A stretch of 64,000 nt of DNA from Octopus sinensis (Eukaryota), in assembly GCF_006345805.1 (NCBI RefSeq), contig NC_043000.1:56420001-56484000 (forward strand), given 5' to 3'. Every line of letters starts with the position of its first letter. The first letter of the stretch is position 1. This document shows positions 39,409-53,112 of the stretch, one piece after another. The notes under the pieces were generated by a model. The model made no database searches. It saw only the letters and a program-made list of their open reading frames with translations, and was not told where the DNA came from. Position numbers and translations under genes: made by a program.

Positions 39409-39570
39409 GTAAAATATGAAAAATCAATGAAAATGCACATTGCAAATAAAAAAAGGCTTTTTATGACAGGTAACGATAAATATATACATTTAGATGGACT
39501 GAGGTAGTAATAAGAGTCATAAAAGTCATTATTATGAGATGATTATAAGATGATAATAAAGTAAGAGAAC

Positions 39571-39611
39571 AAAGCGAACCATGGTTTCGGCAAAAAGCTA
39601 TTCATCGCTTT
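39571..39611 (-). ncRNA. Variant hammerhead-like motif in the Penelope 3' region
   Basis: RNA AAAGCG AUGAAUA GC UUUUU GCC GAAA CCAUGG UU CGCUUU has a 6-bp stem I and palindromic stem III ACCAUGGU. The core is non-canonical (A3/U8). Confidence 0.55.
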
Positions 39612-39781
39612 GAAAACACCGGCTAATACACGGTGTCAGGTCTAATAGTTCCTGAGAAAAAAGATTATTTGTAAGGGAGGTAAGTAGTTCTGGATTATTT
39701 GTAAGGGAGTTAAGTAGTTCTGGATTTAGAGATGTGAGTGGTGTAAGAAGTGTATAGGGGTTAGTGGTTTCAATTGAAGAG

Positions 39782-40075
39782 TTAGTGGTGTTCTGTATTG
39801 AGTTGTGTGTTCATATTTAGTTGGGGGAGATATTTATTGATGAAAAATGCCTCTTTATTCAACCTTTGTTGAATTGTGGTGTTCTGTGAACATTGATAAA
39901 AGGGAAAGATTTGGAAATTGGGAGTAAGATTCCTGGCACACCTTTCTATGTGTTCACTCACCTTTAACTGTCTGTATTGAGGGTGGCGGATTTGCTCTTT
40001 GTGAATGGTGGTTCTTTGACAGAGAGAAATTCCTGTTTGTCCAATATAGCGTTTACCACATCCTATGCATGTCAT
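39782..40075 (-). pseudogene. Penelope-like GIY-YIG endonuclease C-terminal fragment
   Basis: CIGCGKRYIGQTGISLCQRTTIH...VSEHIERC...FQIFP...RLNKEAFFINKYLPQLN fits the PLE GIY-YIG pattern C..C...YIGQT..L..R..H..H..E..FI...P.LN. Confidence 0.88.
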
Positions 40076-40726
40076 GACAAATTTGATTTGATCTTAAATT
40101 TATTTGCAATGTGCATTTTTGTTGATTTTTCATATTTTACCCTTCCATTTCCACGTGTATTTTATATTTTCTTTTTGTAACATATTTCTACTATATATAT
40201 ATATATATATAGTTCTGAAGGAGATTCAGCATGGCACCCAGAATGTAGCAATGCTGGCCCTTTGAATTACAGGTACAACTTACTTTTGCCAGCTGAGTGG
40301 ACTGTAACAATGTGAAATAAAGTGTCATGCTTAAGGACACAATGTGCTACCAGGAATTGAACTCATGACATTATGATCATGAGCTGAATAGACCTAACCA
40401 CTAAGCCACACACCTTTACAATAGTAAATAGGAGAGTGATGGAGGGATAAGCATTAAGATGATAAGGAGTGGAGTTAAAGGCTACATGTGGGAGGAGAGT
40501 GAGAGACAAGTATATGCAAGGGTGATGATGGTTGATATTATGTATGAGGAATGCATGTCAACACTGGATCATGGTGGCAGACCAGAAGCTTGGGTGAGGA
40601 GACAAGAAGAAGAAGCATCAGTTGTAGATTTGGCAGGGGCACAGTTGTGCACATACACATTATGCGTTGAGAGCATACTGTATCGTATCACCAATCATTA
40701 TGGTCCTTTGTCACTCCTTTCATGAG

Positions 40727-41033
40727 GTGGAGGCACATGGCCTAGTGGTTAGAGCAGTGGACTCGTGATCGTGGGATCGTGGGTTCGAATTTCAGACTGG
40801 GCGATGTGTGTGTTTATGAGCGAAACACCTAAGCTCCACATGGCTCCAACAGAAGGTAATGGCGAACTTCTGCTGACTCTTTCGCCACAACTTTCTCTTG
40901 CTCTTTCCTCCTGCAACTTGCAGTTCACCTGCAACGGACCGGCGACCTGTCTAGGTGGGGAACCTATACGCCAAGGAAACCGGGAAACCAGCCCTTATGA
41001 GTCAGGCATGGCTCGAGAAGGAACAAACAACTA
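40727..41033 (+). mobile_element. tRNA-derived SINE, family C here (GTGGAGGCACATGGCCTAGTGG head)
   Basis: A box TGGCCTAGTGG, B box GGTTCGAATTTC, TSD-like CTTTCATGAG. Homologues at 46305, 55264 and 59022. Confidence 0.85.
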
Positions 41034-41456
41034 ACTTCTTTCATGAGTCTCAACATCCTAAGATCAGCCTTCACCATCTCATCCTGTTATTTTCTGGTCT
41101 TCCTCTTCCATAGATTCCATCTCCCATAAGCTCTTGACATTTCTTTATACACCTATCCTACTCCAAATACATCACATACCAAACCAACACATTCTTCTTC
41201 ATTGCATACTACAGCTGATTCCTTTTATTCCCCGTTTTCTCTTAAAACATTTCCAAAGGTTCAAGAACAGGGGGTGCAGTGGATGCATTTGCACACCTAA
41301 AATTTGGTGGGAGAGGCAATTTAACATTTTCAACATTCTCCTGAATATCTTCATTACCAAAACAAATGAACATACAAATATTTTGGAGGCTGATTTTAAA
41401 CATTAATTTTCAATTATTGGATTCCTCTGATTTGATTGATGTACAAATACAATATT

Positions 41457-41828
41457 AACAAGAGCACTTAGGGAGTACAAACCTCCTACAAGGTAACACC
41501 AACATCTTCTCAACGATTAGCCAGAGATGATTTTTAAAATGAGAATATCTTAAATAAACTTGACTGCTCTCACAAATGAGAATACTAAAAATGAACCTGA
41601 CTGCTCTCAAAAGTTAGGTAAAAAAACAAGAAAACTAATCCAGAATCCTTGTCCAGTGCTTGATTGATCCCAAAATTTAATCAGTTCATGCCAGTCATGA
41701 AGCTAAACATCACTGAAAGTTTCATCAGTATCCATCCAGCAGTTCTAGAGATATCTTGTCCACAGACAAACAAACACACTAACACGACTGAAGCAATACC
41801 TCCACCTTCACTAAGGCAGAGGTAACAA
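41457..41828 (+). mobile_element. HINE/Helentron-like non-autonomous element
   Basis: Subterminal ACCTCC at both ends, 3' hairpin ACCTCCACCTTCACTAAGGCAGAGGT (CpG-decayed palindrome), AAGTTTCATCAG block and (ACAA)n. Confidence 0.55.
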
Positions 41829-43599
41829 CAACATTGCTGAAGGTGTTGCTCTGAAAAAACTAAAAGATAGTAAAAGACATATGCAGTAATTCTCAGGATA
41901 TCTCTATACCCTGCATGGAAAATATATAATAGGGAGTAACATTGAGTAGAATCATTTATGAAAGGATCATTCAAAACATCGAGATATTCCTTCTTGCAAA
42001 GTCTTGATCAGTTTTCATGCTGGATGAGGAATCAATGACATCATATTTTCCATACATCAACTACAAGAGAAATGCATTGAGTAGAGGCTTGACTGCTAGT
42101 GTTGTTTCATTGACCTAATGACCCTAATGAGATCAATGAAACACTGATATATGTTCAAATCTGCCGAATTTTCTTGAGAACAATTTTTCTTAGTGGTCAG
42201 ACCATATGGGATCTACCTTTAGCATATCAGAAATCCACCTAGTGATCATTCCTCTTATATGTATGTAATATAATTTTCTGAATCTTCAGATTTTTTTCAA
42301 TATGCTAGGCCACTGGTTTAAATTGATATTAATCTAATGAAAATCAATTTTTACCCTTATCATTTAATTTATATATATGTATATATGTATGTATATGTGT
42401 GTGTCCTTGTGTTTATGCCTGTCCTTGCTCCCATCACTTGCTAACTGGTGTTGGTTTATTTATGTCCCTCTAACTTAATAGTTTGACAAAAGAAACTGAT
42501 AGAATAAATACTGGATTTACAAAAATTGCTACTAGGGTTATTTGCTCAACTTAATGGCCACAGTCTAATGACTGAAACAAGTAAAAGATTAAAGGTGAAA
42601 TATGAACGAAGTGTTCACAAATTACAAAACAAGTGATGAACTTGTTATTAAAAACCTCATCAGACAGGATACAACATGAAACACACTCCCAATGATAAAT
42701 TAGCATTAATAATATATTACAAAAACAAAAATTAATATATACATACATAAAAAGCTCTTCATAAGAACTACAAAGCAAAAGTCTTTCAATGTCTGAACAA
42801 ATTAACCTGAGGACTATTGTAATTTATAAATTGAGATGTAAACATGAAAGCCGTATACTTCATGACTGTAATCTTATATAAGACATACAAGTAACACGCA
42901 CTCTTACTGTCTGAGTATGCTTCTACAATAAAGAACCATTACAAAGTACTATAAAAAAAATACCCTTTGCAAAATAATATATTACACAAAACAAAACATT
43001 AGTTGATAAAGCAACTATTTTAAATAGAAAATAAAAAGACAGCAAGCAATAGGTTATAGAAACTGTAATAGCAGCAAAATCATTAAACAAAACTTAAAAC
43101 AAAGATAGCACATTTTAATGACAAACTAATGTCAGATACCATGACCAAACTATTTAGTGTTTGCTGAAAGGAACTTGGATGCCAACAGGCAAACATTTCA
43201 ACTCTCCAATGATGTAGAAATAAGAATCTCACATGTTCCATGATGCACAGCCTACAATAGCATAATAATGGTTACAAATTTTGGCACAAGGTCAGCAAGA
43301 TTGTAAGAGGAGGTAAGTCATTTTCATTGACCCTAGATTTTAACTGGTACTTATTTTATAGAACCTGAAAGGGATAAAATGCAAAGTGAAAATTGAACTC
43401 AAAATGTAAAGACAAACAAAATGCCTTAATAATAATAACAATAATAATAATAATAATAATCCTTTCTGTTATAGGCACAAGGCCTGAAAATTTGGGGGGA
43501 GGGGGGAGTAAGATTGCATCAACCCCAGTGTTTAGCTGGTACTTATTTTATAGGCCCTGAAAAGGATGAAAGACAAATTCGACCTCGGTTGAATTTAAA

Positions 43600-44260
<661 letters not shown>

Positions 44261-45274
44261 TAAAAAAGACACTGAGAGCACTATACTGGCAGCACAAGAC
44301 CAAGCTTTGGTCACGAACTGGAGGGTCAACCTTAGGAATAAGCAAGTGTCTCTGCAATTGAGTGAATGAAACCATTGCTCATATCATGGACAAATGATCA
44401 CAATACACAATACATATTGTGGCAATATGATCACATAGCAAAAGTGCTACATATACATATATATTATATATATATATATATATATATGTATACACACACA
44501 CACAGATACATATATATACACATATATCATAAATATATGATGTGTGTGTGTCTATATATATATATATATATACATATACATACATATAAACTGACATACA
44601 TAAATATATACACATGTTTACAAAGTTCTACATGCATGAATAAATTCTGAACAATAACATAATCCCAAAATTAATCAATAAGAAATTCTCCACAACACCT
44701 CTCCATCACAACCCAGCCTACAACTTAATTGCCATTCAACTGAACCTCACAAACCCCAGAAGAATTTTATCTCAATAGAGACTATATAAAGCCAAGATTA
44801 ACTTAAAGAATTACAGTCCAATGATGGCTTAGCTGACCGATGCTTCGAAGTCACTGTCAAAGCATTCTCACAACAGAATAATACGCACACACACACAGAC
44901 ACACACACACACTCATCAAACAAATATATTATACCAGTATATAGAGGATTTTGAACACAGTTAGACTTTAAGATTCATGGAAGACAGGAACATGAAGGAT
45001 TTAACTTGCATGACTTATTCGAGAGCATTAGTGATATAAAGTAATATATCTCTCGTTCTTTCCCCCTTCTTTCTTTTACTATATCTTTTACATACACAAA
45101 TACACATCAAATAGCTGTATGTAATTTTGCCTGTGTTTATTGTTCAGATGCTTTTAATAACAAAACAACATAACTTTTGAAATGTGTATACCTGTGTATA
45201 TTATTCACATGTTTATATTTCTTTCACTCATGTGTGTTTGTTGTGTGTATTTGTGTGAGCGTGTGCATATAGGA

Positions 45275-45389
<115 letters not shown>

Positions 45390-45830
45390 GTGTAAGTACA
45401 GATCTGACTAACTTTCTAATCATCTAGGTATCTATTCTATTCTATTGTATCTTTTCTATTCTAAGAGTCGGCACAATTCAATTCCGTAAAGTAAAGGATT
45501 AGAATGGAAAACAGCCATAAACATCTGGAGGTTTTGGTGAGATATATTTCTCGACTACACCATAATCCTAATCTACATCTCAGAAAAGACAGTATTTTAG
45601 CATAATGAATTTAGAACTTCTCCATTAATAGCTTGACAATGAATTTCCTAGATTTTTCAGCAAAACATTACTCTGAAGTAGACTGTATCATAGAACCCCA
45701 CCCCCTTTATTACGTACTTAACCTACAAACACACACGCTATACTTCAGAAGTATGTTGTCACACTGTTTGACATGAGTATGAAGGGTGTATTTTCCCACT
45801 GAACATTGAATGCTACTGCATACAGCAATA

Positions 45831-46247
45831 TATTTCTTAACTACCCACAAGGGGCTAAACACAGAGGGTACAAACAAGAACAGACAAACGGATTAAGTCT
45901 ATTACATCGACCCCAATGCGTAACTGGTACTTAATTTATCGACCCCGAAAGGATGAAAGGCAAAGTCGACCTCAGTGGAATTTGAACTCAGAATGTAAAG
46001 ACACGAAATACCTATTTCTTTACTACCCACAAGGGGCTAAACACAGAGGGGACAAACAAGGATAGACAAATGGATTAAGTCAATTACATCGACCCCAGTG
46101 CATAACTGGTACTTAATTTATCGACCCTAAAAGGATGAAAGGCAAAGTTGACCTCGGCAGAATTTGAACCCAGAATGCAACGGCAGACGAAATATGGCTA
46201 CACATTTCGCTTGGCGTGCTAACGTTTCTGCCAGCTCGCCGCCTTAA
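45831..46247 (-). mobile_element. SINE family B head-to-tail dimer with a 16-bp TSD
   Basis: TSD ACTGCATACAGCAATA at 45815-45830 and 46248-46263. Internal junction GAAATACC|TATTTC at 46012/46013. Confidence 0.9.
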
Positions 46248-46304
46248 ACTGCATACAGCAATAATATACTCTCTAGGAATAGGGCAGGAGATATATGTCA
46301 CACT

Positions 46305-46533
46305 GTGGAGGCACATGGCTTAGTGGTTAGGGTGTCAGCATCATGATCGTAAGATTGTGGTTTCAATTCCTGAACACTTCATTTCACATTGTTCCAGTCC
46401 ACTCAGCTGGCAAAAATGAGTAATGCTGCGATGGACTAGCATCCTGTCAGCTGTTGAACACATATGCCATTGAAACCGGGAAAACAGGCCCATGAGCCTG
46501 GCTAGGCTTTAAAAGGGCGCATTTATTTTTTTT
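46305..46533 (+). mobile_element. SINE family C with a 14-bp TSD
   Basis: ATATATGTCACACT at 46291-46304 and 46534-46547. Confidence 0.88.
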
Positions 46534-47013
46534 ATATATGTCACACTATGTACCATAGATGTATGTTGCTATGCAGTCTGATATGGGTATGTATAGAGTA
46601 TTTTTCTGCAAAACATTGAATGTTACCATATACTGCAATAATATACTCTCAAGAAAGGAAGCTGGATATCTTTTTGTCATACAATATATTACAGAAGTAT
46701 GTTGCCATACAATCTGACATGTATGGATATGTATAGACTGTTTAACTGGCAAACACTGAATTTTACTATAAGGAAATGAAACTGGATATCATTATGTCAC
46801 ACTTTATATATGCCCTAGCTGTATGATATGCTACAAAATTTCACACAGAGAATTGCAAGGATCTACAATCATACAGAAAATTGTAGTCAATAATTACTTT
46901 GATCATACTACAGTATGTCACAGTATTCCAATGTCATTCAATGTATCATAGTATTAACCTACACAGATACCATACACACAATGTATGTATGTATGTATGT
47001 ATGTATGTATGTA

Positions 47014-47057
<44 letters not shown>

Positions 47058-47759
47058 CGTGTGGTTATGTGGTAGATTGAGGTTATGGTGCTAGTCTACT
47101 GACGATATGGTTGTAAGCTCATATCTTACAAAACAATCACATTCTGCATCTTGCAAGGTGCAAATTTTTTTTTTTTTGCTATAAACTATATAACTCACAA
47201 AAAATATGCTCCACATTTGCTGCATTAGGAGGAAAACCAGAAGCAGGATTGCTGTTTCAGAATACTCTATCTATAAAAACATAGCAAAATGAATGGAAAA
47301 GAGTAAAACCAAAATCTGCAGTGCCATTTCTCTCTTTGCTATAAGGGAAGCAAATCTGAAATTGGAGGACAGCGACTTTCTAGATCTTAGTACTTGACAG
47401 GCCCCAGAGCCAGAATTATGAATAGGTCAATATGGGCCACTAAGTCTAATCTGGCCCTGACTGAGACTTATTTTGTCAACTCCAGAAGGATGACAAAAGC
47501 ACTAGAACATGGTGAGGTTTGAATTGAGAATATAAGTGAATGTCATGTACCATTGTTATTAACTAGCCTTCACAATAGTATTTTATGATGTAGCCAGTAG
47601 ATGCACAGTGTTCATAATCTTTCTGAGACTTATTAAGATAAGGGAGTACAAACCATGAATTACCAGTTCATCAGATGGGCTTCCACACAGTTTCCAACCA
47701 CATAATTTCACTCATCTTTAGATGTTGAGTCTTACAGGGGTGATGACAAGTGATTGAGA

Positions 47760-48090
47760 TCTTTGGCAATGTGTTGTACTTGAGAAGACACACCAAGTCA
47801 AGTACAATCATAGTTGTGGCAAATGCCAGTGACACAAAGAAGGCACTCACACCAGTGACATGTAAAAGGCACCCATGCTGGTGACATGTAAAAGGTACCC
47901 CCTACACTCTTGGAGTGATTGGCATTAGGAAGTGCATTCAGCTGGAGAAACCAAACTAAAACAGACTGGAACATGAGGCAGTTCTCCAGATTATCAGTCC
48001 AAGTCAAACTGTCTAGCCCATGCCAGCATGGAAAACAAATGCTTGATGATGATTATGATGATGACGCCGACGCCGATGACGACGATGAGT
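47760..48090 (+). mobile_element. RTE-type LINE/SINE 3' end with (GAT/GAC)n tail
   Basis: GGCATTAGGAAGTGCATTCAGCTG...CCATGCCAGCATGGAAAAC...GATGATGAT. Confidence 0.7.
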
Positions 48091-49233
48091 GTCACCTCAA
48101 GTTTACCAGAGGAAACACTTCCACAATGTGCTGTATTGTGAGATCAAAGCTGGGACCGATTTGACTTTAAAAGAAATTTCAACACCTACTGAATATACAA
48201 GTCTCAACAGTCACACAGAATGACACACAATTCTTTCTGTTTCAGTGCCATAATACAAGATAATATTACTGGGAATACGGCTAAAGGCAACAGAGTAAAT
48301 GACACAGCTACTTGATGATGTCTGTTCAGCTAGATTCTCAGCATTGTCTACAGAAATCCTACTAACATCATCAACGTCATCATAATCATTATTATGAGGT
48401 ACTTCAAAGAAATTAGGTCTGGAACACAGTAAAGACAACAACATATATGTCTGCTAATCAGTAAATAATTATCTTAGTGGAGTCAGAAGATGTGAAGACA
48501 GAAAGTAAACAAAGAAAAAGAGAGATGTACGGAGACTTTACGGAACTTGTTGTAAGAAATATGCCACCAGGTAATCCAAAGAGGCAGTCTTCAGTAACGT
48601 GACACTGGGAATAATATATTAGAAAATACTTTACTAATATCTGTTAATGGGAAAAAGTTGTCATTGTAAAAATACTTAGCAGCAAAACAACACACACACA
48701 CACAGACATGCACACACATATATCATCTGAAATCTATATTTGAAGCAGTTGCGTGTGTGTGTGCTTGCACAGACATGCATGTGTGTATGTGTAATGCATA
48801 TGTATGTGTGTATTTGTGTGCATGCATGTTGTTACCACCACCACCACCACCATCATCATCATCGTAGTCATTATCATCATCATTGTTCCACTTTCTTTGC
48901 AAGTAAGTTTTGAAAGGATCATTGTTGCTCATGTATGAACGTACGTATGTATGTATGTATGTATGTATGTATGTATGTATGTATGTATGTGTGTGTGTAT
49001 GTAGGTTTGTATGTATGTATGTATGCATGCATGTACGTATGTATGTATGTATGTATGTATATATATATGTATGTATGCATGTATATATGTATGTATGTAT
49101 GTATGTATGTACATATGTATGTGTATGCATGCTTGTATCTATGCACATATACATGCATGTGTGTATGTCTACATATGTGTACATACGCACTAATCTATGT
49201 ATGTGTGTGTGCACACGCACAAGCATGGTTATA

Positions 49234-49291
<58 letters not shown>

Positions 49292-49677
49292 TATATACAC
49301 ATACTGCAGGCAGAGCTGTGTTGTTAAGCAGTTCACTTCATAGCCACATGATTTCAGTTTCAGTCCCACAGTGTGACACTTTGAGCAAGTGTCTAGTATT
49401 ATAGCCTGAAGCCAACCAATGGCTTGTAAGTGAATTTGGTAGAGGGGAAACTATGCAGAAGCCCATCATGTGAGTGGGTGTCTCTATGCATGTGTACATG
49501 AATATGCATGTGTGTGTGTGTGTGTATGAGTGTGTTTGTATTTATCTCTTACTGCTTCATAACCAGTGCTAGTCTGCTTATACCATATCATCTTAGTGGT
49601 TTAGTCAAATAAAAACTTCTAGAATATGTGACAAAACTTTTCAAGGTAATCTCCCCAGTATAGCAACAGTCCAACGA

Positions 49678-50061
49678 CTGTGGCTGTGTGGTAAATAGAC
49701 TGCTTACCAACAACACGGTTCCAGGTTCTCATCCCACTGCATGGCACCTTTCTACTAAAGCCTCAGGCCAACCAAAAGCCTGTGAGTGGATTTGGTAGAT
49801 GGAAATTGAAAGTAGCCTGTCGTGTGTCTGTCTGTCTGTCTGTCTGTCTGTGCCTGTGTGTGTTTGTGTCTATGTTTGTCACCGAATAATCAGTTGACAA
49901 CTGCTGTTGGTCTGTTTACATCCCCATAACTTAGCAGTTTGGCTAAAGAGACTGATAGAATAAGTACTAGGATTACAAAGAATAAGTCCTGGGGTTGATT
50001 TGTTTTACTGAAGGCAGTGCTCCAGTATGGCTGCAGGCAAATGACTGAAACAAACAAAAGA

Positions 50062-50062
<1 letters not shown>
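49678..50062 (+). mobile_element. SINE family A, diverged
   Basis: Collinear with the family A copies at 35414 and 62682. Confidence 0.8.
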
Positions 50063-50115
<53 letters not shown>

Positions 50116-50325
50116 TGTGTATATATATATATATATATACAGGGTTGGCCAAAAGTCACCAGTCAGTAAATCAAAATTCCATAAATACTTAATATTCAAT
50201 TTTATTTATTTATTTGAATTATGAATATTTGATAATCGAATGGTGTGAGTTAAAATCACCATTTTGTTTTTCACCATTTGTCTATTTATTGGCGAAGTCT
50301 CATATAAAATCATTTTTTGCTTTAA

Positions 50326-50546
50326 CCCTTTAGTGTTCACATTATTCTGCCAAAATTAATCCTTTTTTATCCACATGGTTTTGAACTAATCATGCATTAT
50401 CTTGCAGCTATGAGATTTTGATGAGGTACCTGTTAATTTTTAAAATGATATTGTAGGGTTGGTGTGAGAGACCAGATCTGGCCAGTTTGAACATAAAACA
50501 GGCAGAATACTTTTGGCCGAATATGGCCGGATTAAATGCTAAAGGG
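50326..50546 (-). mobile_element. piggyBac-type MITE (same family as 9067-9285), opposite orientation
   Basis: TTAA|CCCTTTAGTG...ATGCTAAAGGG|TTAA. Confidence 0.85.
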
Positions 50547-50843
50547 TTAATCTTGAAATTATATATATATAATAACTGACGGTTAGTAAGGAGAGACACA
50601 CAAATAAGAAAGAAGAAAGCAAAGGACCACTGATGCGGTCACAGGAGTGTGACGAAAGAACTCTGACCGAAATAAGATTAAGATTAATGTAAAAAATACA
50701 TAACACTGAAGCAAAGTAAGACCAAATATATAGTGCGTGTGTTTTTATTGGCTAAACTGGCAAAATGACCATTCCTAAATACAACAATATCTGTTTCAAC
50801 ACACGTCTTCACATCAAAAATCTTGCAAAACAAATATATAAAC

Positions 50844-50890
<47 letters not shown>

Positions 50891-50900
50891 GTATATATAT

Positions 50901-52732
50901 GTGGAAGAGGTAGACCCAGGAAAACCTGGGACGAGGTGGTGAAGCACGACCTTCGAACTTTAGGTCTCACTAAGGAAATGTCTAGAGACCGAGACCTATG
51001 GAAGTATGCTGTGCATGAGAAGACCCGGCAAGACTAGTCAGGCCATAACCCGTGGCCCCGACCTGGGACGTAGTCAGTCCTGTGCATACCTTCCTTCTTG
51101 TGACACTTATGAAGACCTGTTGAGGCAAGTGAAAATCAAATCAAATCAAAACAAATCAAAATAGATGAACATCAGTGGAATTGTATTCTTTGTGGTACCA
51201 GTGCCGGTGGCACACAAGAAAACCACCCAAACGTGGCCGTAACCAGTACCGCATCGACTGGCCTCCGTGCTGTGGGCACAACAAACACCATCCGATCGTG
51301 GCCGTTCGCCAGCCTCATCTGGCACCTGTGCCGGTGGCACATAAAGACACCATCCGAAGACCCGGCGACGTAGTCAGTCCACCTGTGCATACCTTCCCTC
51401 TTATGACACTTGTGAAGACCTGTTGAGGCAAGTGTGTGACACTTGTGAAGACCTGTTGAGGCAGAGGCAAGTGTGTGACACTTGTGGAGACCTGTTGAGG
51501 CAAGTGTGTGACCCTTGTGAAGACCTGTTGAGGCAAGTGAAAATCAAACCAAATCAAAATAGATGAATATCAATGGAATTTGTATCTTTGTGGTTCCAGT
51601 ACCGGTGGCACACAAGAAAACCATCCGAACGTGGCCGTAGCTGGTACCGCATCGACTGGCCTCCGTGCTGTGGGCACAACAAACACCATCTGATCGTGGC
51701 CGTTCGCCAGCCTCACCTGGCACCTGTGTCGGTGGCACATAAAGACACCATCCGAAGACCCGGCGACGTAGTCAGTCCACCTGTGCATACCTTCCCTCTT
51801 ATGACACTTGTGAAGACCTGTTGAGGCAGAGGCAAGTGTGTGACACTTTGTGAAGACCTGTTGAGGCAGAGGCAAGTGTGTGACACTTGTGGAGACCTGT
51901 TGAGGCAAGTGTGTGACACGCGTGACACTTGTGAAGACCTGTTGAGGCAAGTGAAAATCAAAACAAAATCAAAATCAAACCAAATCAAAATAGATGAACA
52001 TCAATGGAATTTGTATCTTTGTGGTTCCAGTACCGGTGGCACACAAGAAAACCATCCGATCGTGGCCGTTCGCCAGCCACATCTGGCACCTGTGTCGGTG
52101 GCACATAAAGACACCATCCGAAGACCCGGCGACGTAGACAGTCCACCTGTGCATACCTTCCTTCTTGTGACACTTGTGAAGACCTGTTGAGGCAAGTGAA
52201 AATCAAATCAAATCAAAACAAATCAAAATAGATGAACATAAATGGAATTTGTATCTTTGTGGTACCAGTGCCGGTGGCACACAAGAAAATCATCCGAACG
52301 TGGCCGTAGCCAGTACCGCATAGACTGGCCTCCGTGCTTTGGGGACGTAACAAACACCATCCGATCGTGGCCGTCTGCCAGCCTCGTCTGGCACCTGCCA
52401 GCCTCATCTGGCACCTGTGTCGGTGGCACATAAAAACACCATCCGAGCGTGGCCGTCTGCCAGCCTCGTCTGGCACCTGTGTCGGTGGCACATAAAAACA
52501 CCATCCGAGCGTGGCCGTTCGCCAGCCTCGTCTGGCACCTGTGTCGGTGGCACATAAAATCACCCACTACACTCTCGGAGTGGTTGGCGTTAGGAAGGGC
52601 ATCCAGCTGTAGAAACACTGCCAGATCTGACTGGCCTGGTGCAGCCTTCGGGCTCCCCAGACCCCAGTTGAACCGTCCAACCCATGCTAGCATGGAAAAC
52701 GGACGCTAAATGATGATGATGATGATGATGAT
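50901..52732 (+). mobile_element. RTE-clade LINE 3' end whose 3' UTR is amplified into nested tandem repeats
   Basis: ORF end GRGRPRKTWDEVVKHDLRTLGLTKEMSRDRDLWKYAVHEKTRQD*, four ~240-430-bp units and a (GAT)n tail. Confidence 0.88.
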
Positions 52733-52808
52733 ATATGTATATATATATATATATATATGTAGAGGTAAGATCCAAGGATCCAAGTGTAGGAAGTTAGTAG
52801 GAATTTAT

Positions 52809-52856
<48 letters not shown>

Positions 52857-53056
52857 TATATACATGTATATATATACACAGAGAGAGAGAGATTTATAAT
52901 AGTATAAAATACAATTATAATTAAGGGCGCAGAGGGCACTATACCTATATGCTGAAAATAGATGCTAAATCATCAAACTACTTTAAATCACTTATAATAC
53001 ACACATGTTGAAAGCGAGGGAGTAGGCTGAGAGAAATTTATAAAATAATTCAGATA

Positions 53057-53112
53057 GCCTTGGATTGATCAATTTCTGGATTAGTCTAATGACTTTTCCT
53101 CATCAGCAAAGC
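53057..53112 (-). ncRNA. Type I hammerhead-like motif (one extra A before GAAA), predicted cleavage after AUC
   Basis: RNA GCUUUG CUGAUGA GGA aaAGUC auua GACU aa UCC a GAAA UUGAUCAA UC CAAGGC, with palindromic stem III AUUGAUCAAU. Confidence 0.65.

Larger units (their letters stand above)
39406..40191 (-). mobile_element. 5'-truncated Penelope-like element with an inverted terminal segment, inside (AT)n
   Basis: GIY-YIG ORF fragment. 39407-39450 is inverted at 40099-40142. (AT)n lies on both flanks. Confidence 0.85.

Noticed and set aside
51040-52560. Repeat-spacer appearance suggesting a CRISPR array, or an HDV-like ribozyme in the unit
   Set aside because: The inter-repeat segments are themselves repeated, there are no cas genes and the context is a eukaryotic LINE. 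No P1/P3 nested pseudoknot could be built.
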